Numbered from the stretch's first letter, positions 17,838-27,514 are shown. The stretch: DNA of 32,000 bases from an uncultured archaeon (GCA_964354495.1 CAYHAA010000003.1:160507-192506), one strand, 5' to 3'. Translations and numbers: made by a program. The notes: generated from the sequence alone by a model not told the origin.

Positions 17838-18383
17838 CTACTTGAGTGCCTGTTCGACCTGCGATACAATGTCCTTGTAGACTGCATGAATGAATTGTTG
17901 ATCGAAGGCGTATTCCTCCTTCAGCATTTCCTCTCTCTCTGCTTCACTGAAGTATTTCATAGCTGGTTTGAAGAAGACCTTGTCTTCCTTCTCAATGTGC
18001 TTTGGATAGAAATTCACTAATCGAAGCATCGTGTCTAGTATCGTCTTCAGAGCTGCAGAGTCCCCAGCGACGTATTTGTTCTTGGCACGGACCAGTTTGC
18101 CTGTCAGATTTCTTCCCTGCACATGCTCTTCTATCAGCTCATCCATGACTTGTTTGTTGTCAGGACTGAGCTCCTTTTTCTGCAGATCACGGAATAAAAT
18201 CTTCTCTTCTTTCCCATGGTGACACAGGTCTGCATAGACGCGTATGAAATCGACTGCTCTATCGATGAATTCTGGATCCACAGCCTGCTTTTTCGTGATA
18301 CGGTCTATCTCTCTCGCCATTACTGCTATCATTCGTTCAATAAGCCTATGTTCAATCATTAATGGGCCGATTGGAAGTACCAT
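17838..18383 (-). CDS. Hemerythrin HHE cation-binding domain protein (start MVLPIG at 18383)
   Basis: EHRLI, HHGKEEKILF, EEH, HIEKEDKVFF. Confidence 0.88.
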   Translation of the reverse strand: MVLPIGPLMIEHRLIERMIAVMAREIDRITKKQAVDPEFIDRAVDFIRVYADLCHHGKEEKILFRDLQKKELSPDNKQVMDELIEEHVQGRNLTGKLVRAKNKYVAGDSAALKTILDTMLRLVNFYPKHIEKEDKVFFKPAMKYFSEAEREEMLKEEYAFDQQFIHAVYKDIVSQVEQALK

Positions 18384-18582
18384 TTTCAAACCTCCTGTTT
18401 CCTGAGATGTATCAGGCCATATGCCATTCACTATAGTTACAAACCATAATAAGATAATCAGTTACCGAAAAGTTACCATCTGACTCCAAGATAACGTCTA
18501 GGAGATGAACAGAGGCAGCGGAGGTCAGGCGGAGGTGTCGGATATTTCCTCTCCGGAATAATCTAATCAGTCTGTATCAGAA

Positions 18583-19761
18583 TTACTGTATCATGTCGGT
18601 CCTGACTTTACTTCGTTTTCTTCGGCGATGGAAGAAACCACCACTGAAAATCACCACAACAGCAGCAATGGTACCAATTATGCTAAGAAAGAGAAGGTCG
18701 TTCATTCCATTCCAGAGGCGTATTCCAAGAGCTGTCCCTCTTGTCGTTCTAAGTATCACACCATCAGCACCAACAGCCCAACCATATGTACTGTTGAGAA
18801 AATCAAGAGCCATCATACGGCGATTGACCTCACTTGGAACACTCTGTTCATACCATGTACTTCCTCCATCTGGTGTGTACATCACTGGAAGCTCGCCTGC
18901 TGCAATCCATCCATTGTCCTCAAGAAATAAGACGTCGGTGAAATAGGGTAAGGTGAGCCCTCTGAACGGTGCACGTCCTGGTATAGGTAGTTGATACCAG
19001 TCAGAACCGTTCAACGTATGCATCAGCCTTCCATCGCTCACTGCCCAGCCCTCACCATCATCCTGCATAGAGAGCGCCCAGCCGCCATAGTCATACACTT
19101 GAGTCCAAGTTTCGGCTCTGTCAGTACTATGATATATACCGAAGAATCCGATAGCCCATGCTTCAGTAGGAGAATAAAAGTGCATATCCCGGGGGAGATC
19201 ACTGAATGTCCACCCAGTAACAATAGTCCAGTTCTCTCCACCATCAATGGTCTTGTAGAGCACATCATTGGTCGCGGTCCAGCCGGTGTTCCCATCAAGG
19301 AATTTGACAAAACTCATGAATGAATGCGAATCGACGACAATGTGCTCTTCCCAAGTCAGACCCCCATCAGCTGAATGATAGACAGAACGAAATCCAGTCA
19401 CCCAGATTGAATCTTCAGCGACAATTTCTATCTGTTGATACATTTGTTCGGACCCATTCTTCAGCTGTGTCTGCCAGGTCGCCCCAGCATCAGATGTGTG
19501 TATGATAATACCATTGCCTAAGCTTCCCTCTGTCCATTGACCAACGATCCACCCATGGCTGGCATTGAAGAATGCAACATCGCTAAATAATGCTTCAGTA
19601 TAGTTCTGCTCCATTGCTATCCAAGTTGTGCTAGTTTGGTTGTCTTCCTGACTGCCGGTTGCGAGTACAGTCGACGGGCACATTGAACATAGTAATCCAA
19701 AGATGAGTGTCATGAATGTCAAGTGCAGCTTCCTGAAGTGCAGGACTGTACCTTGTTTCAT
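18583..19761 (-). CDS. Secreted BNR/Ycf48-like beta-propeller protein with C-terminal membrane anchor
   Basis: Signal peptide; repeated T.DGG.TW boxes; C-terminal TM followed by HRRRK. Confidence 0.85.
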   Translation of the reverse strand: MKQGTVLHFRKLHLTFMTLIFGLLCSMCPSTVLATGSQEDNQTSTTWIAMEQNYTEALFSDVAFFNASHGWIVGQWTEGSLGNGIIIHTSDAGATWQTQLKNGSEQMYQQIEIVAEDSIWVTGFRSVYHSADGGLTWEEHIVVDSHSFMSFVKFLDGNTGWTATNDVLYKTIDGGENWTIVTGWTFSDLPRDMHFYSPTEAWAIGFFGIYHSTDRAETWTQVYDYGGWALSMQDDGEGWAVSDGRLMHTLNGSDWYQLPIPGRAPFRGLTLPYFTDVLFLEDNGWIAAGELPVMYTPDGGSTWYEQSVPSEVNRRMMALDFLNSTYGWAVGADGVILRTTRGTALGIRLWNGMNDLLFLSIIGTIAAVVVIFSGGFFHRRRKRSKVRTDMIQ

Positions 19762-20140
19762 ACTTCACATCTTCTACCTGAGGCTGAATGAACGAAGTCT
19801 ACAATTAACATGTTCAACTATTCTGGTACCGGATCACCGCCGCCACCACTTGGAAGTGTCACATATTGTTGGTCGCTACCAAGGTAGTGATTTGCTGAGT
19901 CATATGCCTGAACGTTCACCTGCATTTGAACGTACCCTTGGAGAAGGCTTCAGCAGTCGATGTTCACTCGACTCGGTGGAATAGGTCAGGGGTCAGTTCC
20001 TAGTTCGGTAGGAAAGCCACCACAGGACGAATGTCATCCTGACGAAACGGGTCAAATCCAAGCTTGGACGCGCATCGGAATATGAAGACTAGGTGATCAG
20101 AAAAAGCGATGAATCAATGCATAAGTCCCAGGAAAAGTAG

Positions 20141-20285
20141 TGGCGCTGAGGACGAGACTTGAACTCGTGAGTCTTTCGACAATGGATGTTTGCGTACTTG
20201 CTAAATAGCAACTAATAGCAATCCATCTCCTTACTTCTCAATGCCCGTTTTAAAAACGGGCATTTCCAAGCTAGGAAACCTCAGC
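20141..20285 (-). tRNA. tRNA-Ser(GCT) with two introns (D-loop about 19/20 at 20234-20265; 37/38 at 20188-20215), CCA encoded
   Basis: Acceptor GCTGAGG/CCTCAGC-G-CCA; long variable arm TGTC-GAAA-GACT; anticodon stem ATGGA/TCCAT; BHB central helix TTGC/GCAA. Spliced form reads CCTAGCTTGGTAAGGAGATGGATTGCTAATCCAT. Confidence 0.92.
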
Positions 20286-20406
20286 ATGAGTGATTTGCTC
20301 GGAGATGATGATTCTCTCATAAACATTTTGACAGCCTGTAAAGATGGTTCTCCAAATTCATCTAAACAACTAGATGATGATGGAAGAATACAAAATGAGA
20401 AGACGA

Positions 20407-20424
20407 GAGGCAACCTTCTGCCTC
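20407..20424 (-). terminator. Hairpin plus pyrimidine-rich tract after the microprotein pair
   Basis: GAGGCA-GAAGGT-TGCCTC, followed on the minus strand by TCGTCTTCTCATTTTG. Confidence 0.55.
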
Positions 20425-20512
20425 AGCGCCTGTAGATGTAAGCATGAATCAGAGCGTCAGTCGAGATGATCGTGCCAGAGGACTTTCTCTGGGGTGTCTT
20501 AGCGAGTGCCAT
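20423..20512 (-). CDS. Microprotein B, 29 aa: MALAKTPQRKSSGTIISTDALIHAYIYRR
   Basis: SD GGAGGT 8 nt before ATG; paralogous to microprotein A. Confidence 0.7.
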   Translation of the reverse strand: MALAKTPQRKSSGTIISTDALIHAYIYRR

Positions 20513-20518
20513 GATGCT

Positions 20519-20623
20519 TTACCTCCGGTACTGGTAGGCGTAGGTGATTGCCTCGGTCGAGTAGATTCGACCAGTCATGTTCTTGAGCGCAGATGTGTTC
20601 CGGTTGTTAGTTGTTAGAGCCAT
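20519..20623 (-). CDS. Microprotein A, 34 aa: MALTTNNRNTSALKNMTGRIYSTEAITYAYQYRR
   Basis: TATA box about 33 nt upstream; paralogous to microprotein B. Confidence 0.7.
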   Translation of the reverse strand: MALTTNNRNTSALKNMTGRIYSTEAITYAYQYRR

Positions 20624-20655
20624 AATAGTTCACAGGAAATACTGTGTAGAGTCAG

Positions 20656-20663
20656 TATATATA
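20656..20663 (-). promoter_or_regulatory. TATA box of the microprotein pair
   Basis: TATATATA at a spacing that gives a near-leaderless transcript. Confidence 0.55.
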
Positions 20664-20750
20664 GCGAAGCCACCTGCGAGGGACACAAGATGAAGTCACA
20701 AGATGTGACTAGTCAGAGGGGGTCGTGAGGTCAATCAGAATCATTCTTGG

Positions 20751-21170
20751 TCATTGAATGTGCAAGCGTGTCCTGCAATGTGGACAGAGATAGACATCTT
20801 TTTCGACTGGAACTGCATTTCCGATGTCGAAGTCCATTCCACAACTGCTGCAGTGTAACATACCACTTAGAGAGCCACTCTCCACAGGAAGTGCATGTTT
20901 CCTCATTGATGCTAGTATTCTATCGTCCTCTGAGATGTTGGTTGGGGCAATTGAACGACCCTGAGCCCATCTGAATGTGGCATAGAGCAAAAATACGACA
21001 ATTGGAACATACATGAAGGTGTAGAGGAAGATCAGGTCAAGTGGTGTACTGACAATGACACCATAGATTCCGAGGACACCAAGTACGAGAACAACTGCGA
21101 AGATGAGCCATCTTCCTGTGTGCTGAGATGTATCTCGCGGATAGGGGTCATATGAGTCGTCATTCATCAT
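20751..21170 (-). CDS. Hypothetical membrane protein with C-terminal zinc ribbon
   Basis: Two TM helices, then CSSC...CPHC. Confidence 0.75.
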   Translation of the reverse strand: MMNDDSYDPYPRDTSQHTGRWLIFAVVLVLGVLGIYGVIVSTPLDLIFLYTFMYVPIVVFLLYATFRWAQGRSIAPTNISEDDRILASMRKHALPVESGSLSGMLHCSSCGMDFDIGNAVPVEKDVYLCPHCRTRLHIQ

Positions 21171-21255
21171 AGTAAAGAGACTCTACTGGTGAGTGATATG
21201 TAAAGCCTTCCATATTCTCTTATTTGACTAGTGTAGTACGTGACTCGATACTTCA

Positions 21256-22773
21256 TCACATACTTCGTCTGCGATATGCTGTGGCAAGTGCCAGAACTAC
21301 AAATCCAATCGTTCCACCAACTACTAGACTCGATTGTATCAGGGATATTTCATTGCCAGAAACAGTCTGGACACATATGATGAAGGAACTATGGTAACCG
21401 GGATCACAAGGACATCCCTCTACGGAATATCCTGCGAGATATGCCTGCCCGCCTTCGCCTACTGCAATGGCATTAGTGGTTTCGCGGTACACACTTCCAT
21501 AGAGATTGGAGAAGACCACAGCACCGGCTGTATTCATGCGAATAATAAAACAATCATCTAGTCCAGAGTATGGGTTAGTTGGGTTTTGGATGAAGTCGTT
21601 AGAAGTGGTTCTACCCGTGATGTATATGTAATCATGGGAATCAATTGAGAAGGCTCCAGCGCTATCAAAACCGGAGCCTCCCATCTCCTCTGTATACTCT
21701 AAACTATCGAGGTCGTCATTGAGTCTGTAAATCGCAAACGACCAAGCAGTATGTGAGTTGTCTAGAACATATATGTAGTATTCAGAGTCGACAACTATCG
21801 AAACACTCGGGAAGAAGCCGTTAGTTTTGAAAGCCCCAGAATCGAGGAGTGTACCATTGGCTGATATCTTCAGGACAAAACAGTGCCCACCATAGTCAAT
21901 ACCTGGATAGTAGTATTCGTCGGTAGGACAAATAGATGTAATTCCAGCGACATAGATAGTACCATTATCAGTGTAGAAGAGATCTGATCCCGAATCAGTA
22001 TACTGAGCACCATAGAACGAGGCATAGACTATCTCCGTACCAGTTGGATTCATCTTCAGAACATAACAATCAGTATCACCGTTATACGTATCATCGAATG
22101 CGTCTACAATCGGGACCTCAGAGGTTCTTGTGCTACCAGCCAGATACGCATAGCCTTGTTCGTCAACTGCGAGTGCTTGAAAATCAGCACCGTTTGGTTT
22201 GTCTATGAATTCAGGCCCAAAGAAGGTCGAATAGACTAGTGTCTGCCCATCAGGAGCGAACTTAGTCAGAAAGTACTGTGATGACTCGTTGAAGTAGTCA
22301 CTATATGGATTGACCAACGGAAAATCCTCTGAGTAAGTAGAACCCAGAATATAGATGCAGCCTAAGTCATCGACACAAATTGAACTGGGATAGTCAACAT
22401 CATTTCCTCCCAAGAACGAAGAATACAGAATGGATCCATCAGTTGCATTCATCTTCATCACGAAGCAGTCGTGAGTACCACCAAGAGTGTTGTCAATCCC
22501 ATCTACGATAGGAAATGAGGTGGAACTTGTGGTTCCTGTCACATAGAGATAACCCTGCGAGTCAATAGAAATGTCCCTCAACGATCCGATAGTGGAACTA
22601 TTGAGAATCGGAGTGCAATCATTGAATGATGCAAGTTGAGCAGCATCACCCTCTATTTCCCGGGCGTTCTCTGGAGATATTGCGGGAGCTGTAGAGATTG
22701 TTAGAAATGACGCCAAAAGAAGCACTACTGAAAGAGAGAATCCGAGTCTGACTAAACCATTACGACCCGACAC
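21256..22773 (-). CDS. Secreted SBBP-type beta-propeller repeat protein with C-terminal membrane anchor
   Basis: Repeats such as DSQGYLYVTGTTSSTSFP...DCFVMKM; signal peptide; C-terminal TM followed by YRRR. Confidence 0.85.
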   Translation of the reverse strand: MSGRNGLVRLGFSLSVVLLLASFLTISTAPAISPENAREIEGDAAQLASFNDCTPILNSSTIGSLRDISIDSQGYLYVTGTTSSTSFPIVDGIDNTLGGTHDCFVMKMNATDGSILYSSFLGGNDVDYPSSICVDDLGCIYILGSTYSEDFPLVNPYSDYFNESSQYFLTKFAPDGQTLVYSTFFGPEFIDKPNGADFQALAVDEQGYAYLAGSTRTSEVPIVDAFDDTYNGDTDCYVLKMNPTGTEIVYASFYGAQYTDSGSDLFYTDNGTIYVAGITSICPTDEYYYPGIDYGGHCFVLKISANGTLLDSGAFKTNGFFPSVSIVVDSEYYIYVLDNSHTAWSFAIYRLNDDLDSLEYTEEMGGSGFDSAGAFSIDSHDYIYITGRTTSNDFIQNPTNPYSGLDDCFIIRMNTAGAVVFSNLYGSVYRETTNAIAVGEGGQAYLAGYSVEGCPCDPGYHSSFIICVQTVSGNEISLIQSSLVVGGTIGFVVLALATAYRRRSM

Positions 22774-22847
22774 ACACCATCCCTAGAGAATATAGAGCAA
22801 AACATGTAATCTGTCTTTCGAAAACAGTAATGAAGAAAAGGAGAGAG

Positions 22848-22876
22848 GGAACTCGGGCCTTGCAGGCCCGGTTCTC
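22848..22876 (-). terminator. Terminator after EF-1alpha
   Basis: GGGCC-TTGCA-GGCCC stem with flanking pairs, followed on the minus strand by CTCTCCTTTTCTTC. Confidence 0.6.
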
Positions 22877-22891
22877 AATGATACACACAAC

Positions 22892-24187
22892 CTACCTTGG
22901 AGTGACCTTGGTGACAATACCAACAGCTACAGTCAGACCCATGTCACGGACAGCGAACCTACCGAGCTGCGGGAACTCCTTATAGGACTCGATGACCACC
23001 GGCTTCAAGGGCACCAACTTTGCAACCATGGACTCACCCTTCTTGACAAAGTCTGGTTTCTCCTCGATGACCTGCCCAGAGCGTTGGTCAATCTTCTGCA
23101 GGATCTCGTCAAATCTGCAGGCCACCTGAGCAGTATGGGCATGAATAACAGGGGTGTAGCCAACTGTGATAGCGGTTGGATGCTGAATGACCATCACTTG
23201 ACCTGTGAAATCAATGGCAACTGTGGGTGGCTTTTCAGCAGGACCTGCAACGTCTCCACGAGCAAGGTCCTTTCTGTCTACGCCTCTGACATTAAACCCT
23301 ATGTTATCACCAGGCACAGCCTGAGGAAGTTGCTCATGGTGCATCTCAATGGATTTTATCTCACCGGTCTTGTCCGCTGGCATGAAGGTAATCTTCATTC
23401 CTGGCTTCATGACTCCGGTTTCAACACGACCGACTGGTACAGTGCCAACACCCTTGATTGAGTACACATCATTGATGGGTACGCGTAGGGGCTTGTCAGT
23501 AGGCTTTGGTGGGAGTGTCACCTGGTCTAAGGCCTCAAGTAGACATGGCCCTTTGTACCATGGTGTGAGTTTTGGTGTCCGTACCTTGAGGTTAGCTGCA
23601 TCAAGTGCTGAGGTAGGAATGAACGGAATCTGATCGATCTTGTAACCGATGCTCTTCAGGAATGCTCCTACTTCATCCTTGACCTCTTTATACCTCTCTT
23701 CGCTGTACTTGACATCATCCATCTTATTGATACAGACGATTAGTGATGGAACCCCAAGGGTCATGGCAAGGTATGCATGTTCCTTTGTTTGTCCTCCGGG
23801 ACCAACTCCTGCCTCAAACTCGCCTTTCTTGGCGGAAACAACAAGCATTCCTACGTCTGCCTGTGATGCACCAGTGATCATGTTCTTGATAAAGTCCTTG
23901 TGACCTGGAGCGTCAATAATTGTGTAATAGTACTTGTCAGTAAGGAACTTGAAGAAGGCAATGTCAATTGTAAGGCCTCGTTCTCGCTCTTCCTTGAGTC
24001 TATCAAGTGCGAAAGCCCAAGCCCAGGATGGACGACCGAGTCGCTCGGCCTCAGCCTTGTTTGCTTGGAAAGTTCGCTCATCTACGGCACCGGTCTCGTA
24101 AAGCAGTCTGCCCGTCATAGTGCTTTTACCGTGGTCTACGTGCCCTATGACGACGAGATTGAGGTGCGCTTTGTCTTTTTTGCTCAA
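22892..24187 (-). CDS. tuf: Elongation factor 1-alpha (TTG start)
   Basis: GHVDHGKST, ERERGLTID, DAPGHKDF, NKMD, GRFAVRDMG. Confidence 0.98.
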   Translation of the reverse strand: MSKKDKAHLNLVVIGHVDHGKSTMTGRLLYETGAVDERTFQANKAEAERLGRPSWAWAFALDRLKEERERGLTIDIAFFKFLTDKYYYTIIDAPGHKDFIKNMITGASQADVGMLVVSAKKGEFEAGVGPGGQTKEHAYLAMTLGVPSLIVCINKMDDVKYSEERYKEVKDEVGAFLKSIGYKIDQIPFIPTSALDAANLKVRTPKLTPWYKGPCLLEALDQVTLPPKPTDKPLRVPINDVYSIKGVGTVPVGRVETGVMKPGMKITFMPADKTGEIKSIEMHHEQLPQAVPGDNIGFNVRGVDRKDLARGDVAGPAEKPPTVAIDFTGQVMVIQHPTAITVGYTPVIHAHTAQVACRFDEILQKIDQRSGQVIEEKPDFVKKGESMVAKLVPLKPVVIESYKEFPQLGRFAVRDMGLTVAVGIVTKVTPR

Positions 24188-24377
24188 TCTTATTCACCAC
24201 GTTGTTTATGGCCTGTCCACTGATTCGGACAGACTTTTGATGCTCCTTCGCGGGATGCTTTTAACGCTTTCGACAGGTTCCCTTGACCACAGGGAAAAGG
24301 CGTCTTCTTGATGTGATAGAAAGTGATTATTGACATGAGGAGGAGGACAATTGTTGCTCACTAGCATTCTCTAGAGG

Positions 24378-24863
24378 TCAGTAGTCGAACTCGTCATCTC
24401 CAACTTGTAGCTTAGTAGTTAATCTCTCGCCGGGCCAAGGTCTACGGAGTTCTATGAGGTTGAGTACGCCATAGCCACGCTTCTTTAGGAATGAGATACT
24501 GGCCTTGTTATTTGGATGGACCCAGTTGAAGACGGTGTCGCCTCCAAGTTCTTGGGATAAGCGCTCAGCCTCAGCAAATAGGGAGGATGCAATACCTTTG
24601 CGACGAAACTTGGGACGGACAAACAGCGATTCAGCCCATACCACATCGTCATCGATCCTGCATACAAGATAGCCAGCAAGTACTTCACGGGATTCATATA
24701 CGAATATGGGAAATCCCTTGTCAAGGTACGATTGCAGTTCGCTCGCGGCAGCATCGAGATCAGGAACCTTCTTTGTGGATTTCAATCTCGAAAGAAAGAC
24801 CCTTAGGTCAGCAATCATCTCAACGACCTGTTGCCTATCAGACTCCTCATAGAGGCGTATCAT
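24378..24863 (-). CDS. GNAT-family acetyltransferase
   Basis: LFVRPKFRRKGIASSL acetyl-CoA motif; NKASISFLKKRGY. Confidence 0.9.
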   Translation of the reverse strand: MIRLYEESDRQQVVEMIADLRVFLSRLKSTKKVPDLDAAASELQSYLDKGFPIFVYESREVLAGYLVCRIDDDVVWAESLFVRPKFRRKGIASSLFAEAERLSQELGGDTVFNWVHPNNKASISFLKKRGYGVLNLIELRRPWPGERLTTKLQVGDDEFDY

Positions 24864-24908
24864 CTGGGATTCCTTCCTTGACTATACAGCTCCATGGTCC
24901 AAGGCGTG

Positions 24909-25526
24909 TTATTGAAGTAATTGGCGTATCCAATCACGAATCTTGTCCCAGTCCCGGAAGTCTATCTTCTCAGGAACCTCCTCACCGGGCGGCAGTTGTG
25001 ACTTCACAATCTTCTTCACTAACGCACGAACTGCAAAGTTGTACTTACTGAAATCAAACATGCCGCCGATGAGCACTGTCGAGATGGGGGAAAGTCCAGG
25101 GTATTTCTCTACAATCTTATCTAGATAGGCAGACTGAGCTGCGCCACATCTCTCAGGACTACCCGCATCCCCACAGACCACGAAGAGCGCCACTCTGGTC
25201 TTGGATAGGATGTCGAGGTTATTCTTCATAAAGTCCAACGGTTGTTTTGTCCACCGGCCAGCTGCGATCCCACTTCCGATAATCACTAGATCATACTCGT
25301 GTAGGTTGGCTGGGGGCCTATCCTTCTTCAGAAACACAGCCTCAGCCTTCGTTCCCATTCCTTCGGCTGTCTTGACCATCTCTTGAACTACTTCGGTTGT
25401 CGTTCCATATCTGGACCCGTAACAGATGAGAGCTTTTTCTATCATAAGCATCAGGAGCGTGCTTGTATCTTCGCTCTCAAATAATTTCCTACTGGAAAGC
25501 AGACCTTGTATGTTCGCACGCTTCAT
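24909..25526 (-). CDS. Flavodoxin-domain protein (HemG-like); probable start MIEKAL near 25445
   Basis: YGSRYGTT FMN loop, DLVIIGS, DFRDWDKI. Confidence 0.85.
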   Translation of the reverse strand: MKRANIQGLLSSRKLFESEDTSTLLMLMIEKALICYGSRYGTTTEVVQEMVKTAEGMGTKAEAVFLKKDRPPANLHEYDLVIIGSGIAAGRWTKQPLDFMKNNLDILSKTRVALFVVCGDAGSPERCGAAQSAYLDKIVEKYPGLSPISTVLIGGMFDFSKYNFAVRALVKKIVKSQLPPGEEVPEKIDFRDWDKIRDWIRQLLQ

Positions 25527-25537
25527 GCATGCTACAA

Positions 25538-26194
25538 CTATCTGGCGGAACGAGCCACACGCTCACGCTCTTCTTTCCTAGCAATTGCAAAACTACCAGA
25601 ATCGTTCTTGTAAGCCAGCAGCAACTCGTCTACTAGGCACTCTTCGAAAGACTTGGCATTCTTATGTGAAGACCGTACGGCACCCACCATGAGATATCTC
25701 AGGGCAAGATCGACTCTTCGTTGGGGAGCCACATCCACTGAACGTGGGTATGCCATTCCTCCGTACGAGATTCTTGTTGTTTCTTCAGCAGGCGCAGCAT
25801 TCTCAATCGCTGTGACAAGCACTTGGATGGGGTTAAGACCGGTCCTGTAGTCAATCATCTCGAAGACTCTCCGGAGTTTATTTAGTACCTTCAATTTCTT
25901 GCCAGCATTCTTTCCGGTTCGAGTCTTCTTCTCTTGACGCTTGCCAGCATTGAGCATCTTGTTGGCAAATCGCTCGACAATGGGCACACCAGACTTGTGG
26001 AAACCCTTGTGTGCATGTCGGCCTGATGTATGAGGAATGAGACCGGGTTTCAGAGAGATGTATCTCACTAGACCAACATCGGTCACTTGGACTGCTGTAG
26101 CATCCCATTTGCCAAATAGAAGAAGGCCGGGAGGCGTTTGAGAACGACCCTCAGCAGTAGTTGGTTGTGATGAATCGTCTGACATGATAGCCAC
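25538..26194 (-). CDS. rps7: 30S ribosomal protein uS7
   Basis: LLFGKWD, PHTSGRH, NPIQVLV, VDVAPQRRVDLAL, KEERERVARSAR. Confidence 0.97.
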   Translation of the reverse strand: MAIMSDDSSQPTTAEGRSQTPPGLLLFGKWDATAVQVTDVGLVRYISLKPGLIPHTSGRHAHKGFHKSGVPIVERFANKMLNAGKRQEKKTRTGKNAGKKLKVLNKLRRVFEMIDYRTGLNPIQVLVTAIENAAPAEETTRISYGGMAYPRSVDVAPQRRVDLALRYLMVGAVRSSHKNAKSFEECLVDELLLAYKNDSGSFAIARKEERERVARSAR

Positions 26195-26638
26195 CTAACG
26201 TACCGGTTTCTCCTTTCTGCCATAGATCAGTGACTCTAGGCAAACACCGTTCACTTTGGTTACTCTCCATCTCACTCCGGGCAAATCGCCAAAGGCGCCA
26301 CCCATCGCACCACCAATCCCTTCCACCTCAACTGAGTCGTGCTCATCGATGTACTTCAGACCACCGTCCCCAGGAATGAATGCTGTGATCTGTTTTCCAT
26401 TTCTTGATAGCTGTATTCGTATAGCTTTGCGAATAGACGAGTTGGGCTGTTTGCATTCGATTCCGACCTTCTCAAGAACGATGCCCCGAGCTTGAGGCGC
26501 ACCCTCTAATGGGTCAGTCTTATCCTTGAGCTTCAAGGCTTTGTTCTTGTAGGATGACTTCTTCCAGCGAAACTTCTTCCTCTTTCGAAGAAGAGGTCGC
26601 GCTGCAAACTCGCCAACTGGGGACTTTGAACCTGTCAA
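26195..26638 (-). CDS. rps12: 30S ribosomal protein uS12 (probable TTG start 26638; ORF extends to 26674)
   Basis: [32 protein letters not shown]. Confidence 0.97.
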   Translation of the reverse strand: MTGSKSPVGEFAARPLLRKRKKFRWKKSSYKNKALKLKDKTDPLEGAPQARGIVLEKVGIECKQPNSSIRKAIRIQLSRNGKQITAFIPGDGGLKYIDEHDSVEVEGIGGAMGGAFGDLPGVRWRVTKVNGVCLESLIYGRKEKPVR

Positions 26639-26767
26639 ATTGTCTAACCTCTTGGTAGTAGATGCACCATTCATGGTGCACTCCGCTTGGTGGTCACGGC
26701 TTCGGGTTTGTGTTTCCTTAAAAGCCTTATCAAATGCATCTGATTAGAATGAGTATAGAACTGCTCT

Positions 26768-27202
26768 CTAAGCTATCACTACGTTGTTCAAATCAAAATG
26801 ACGCCTGACTAGGATGCGTGCGCGGGCCACATTTCGACCATCGCGCCCGATGGCAATGCCACGATCGTCACTCTTCACGGTAACGGAGGCTACCTTTGTG
26901 CCATCCCTGTGCTCAATGATTTTCACAGACTCAACTCTGGCAGGGGCAAGAGCGCTCTTCACAAAGTCCTCTGGAGTTTCAGCCATTTCAACAACATCAA
27001 TGGCTCTTCCAAAAGCGTCAGAGGCCGCTCTGACATTGATGCCACCCTTTCCTATTGCCTTTCCAAGTTGCTTGGCTCGGACAACAACAATGATTCGCTC
27101 TCCATCGTCGTCTCTAACGACATCTACTGCGGAAACTCCTGTAATCTGCTCGAACCGAGCAATTAAGCCCATGTCATCCATTGAGAGCTTCACACGGGTC
27201 AA
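26768..27202 (-). CDS. nusA: Archaeal NusA (two KH domains)
   Basis: GKAIGKGG and GIAIGRDG KH loops; canonical position. Confidence 0.93.
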   Translation of the reverse strand: MTRVKLSMDDMGLIARFEQITGVSAVDVVRDDDGERIIVVVRAKQLGKAIGKGGINVRAASDAFGRAIDVVEMAETPEDFVKSALAPARVESVKIIEHRDGTKVASVTVKSDDRGIAIGRDGRNVARARILVRRHFDLNNVVIA

Positions 27203-27211
27203 AAAATCGCC

Positions 27212-27514
27212 TCAGACCATCTTTAGAATCTTGGAGTCACCGGGCTGGATAATCGCAATAGCAGAAACCATGAATGGTTTGCCTACAATCTCACCAAGGT
27301 CCCATGACGTCCCTTCGAATTCCTGCACTTTGATTTGTGCTAGCTGGGCATACCTTGTAATATCCTCGTATTCATCTTTAGGGCAATTGGCAGCAACAAT
27401 TACAAGCTTAGCCTCGCCCTTCTTGATTGAGGAGATTGATGATTTGGCGCCTATCCTGCACTTCCCTGTGCTTACTGCACTTGCTATTGGTTGATTCAAG
27501 CTCATTTTATGCAC
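27212..27514 (-). CDS. rpl30e: 50S ribosomal protein eL30
   Basis: AVSTGK, AKLVIVAANCP, LGEIVGKPFMVS. Confidence 0.95.
   Translation of the reverse strand: MHKMSLNQPIASAVSTGKCRIGAKSSISSIKKGEAKLVIVAANCPKDEYEDITRYAQLAQIKVQEFEGTSWDLGEIVGKPFMVSAIAIIQPGDSKILKMV

Noticed and set aside
20231-20435. ORFs 20231-20413 (-) and 20241-20435 (+); palindrome at 20240-20264 as a terminator
   Set aside because: They overlap tRNA-Ser and microprotein B; the palindrome is the D-loop intron stem.
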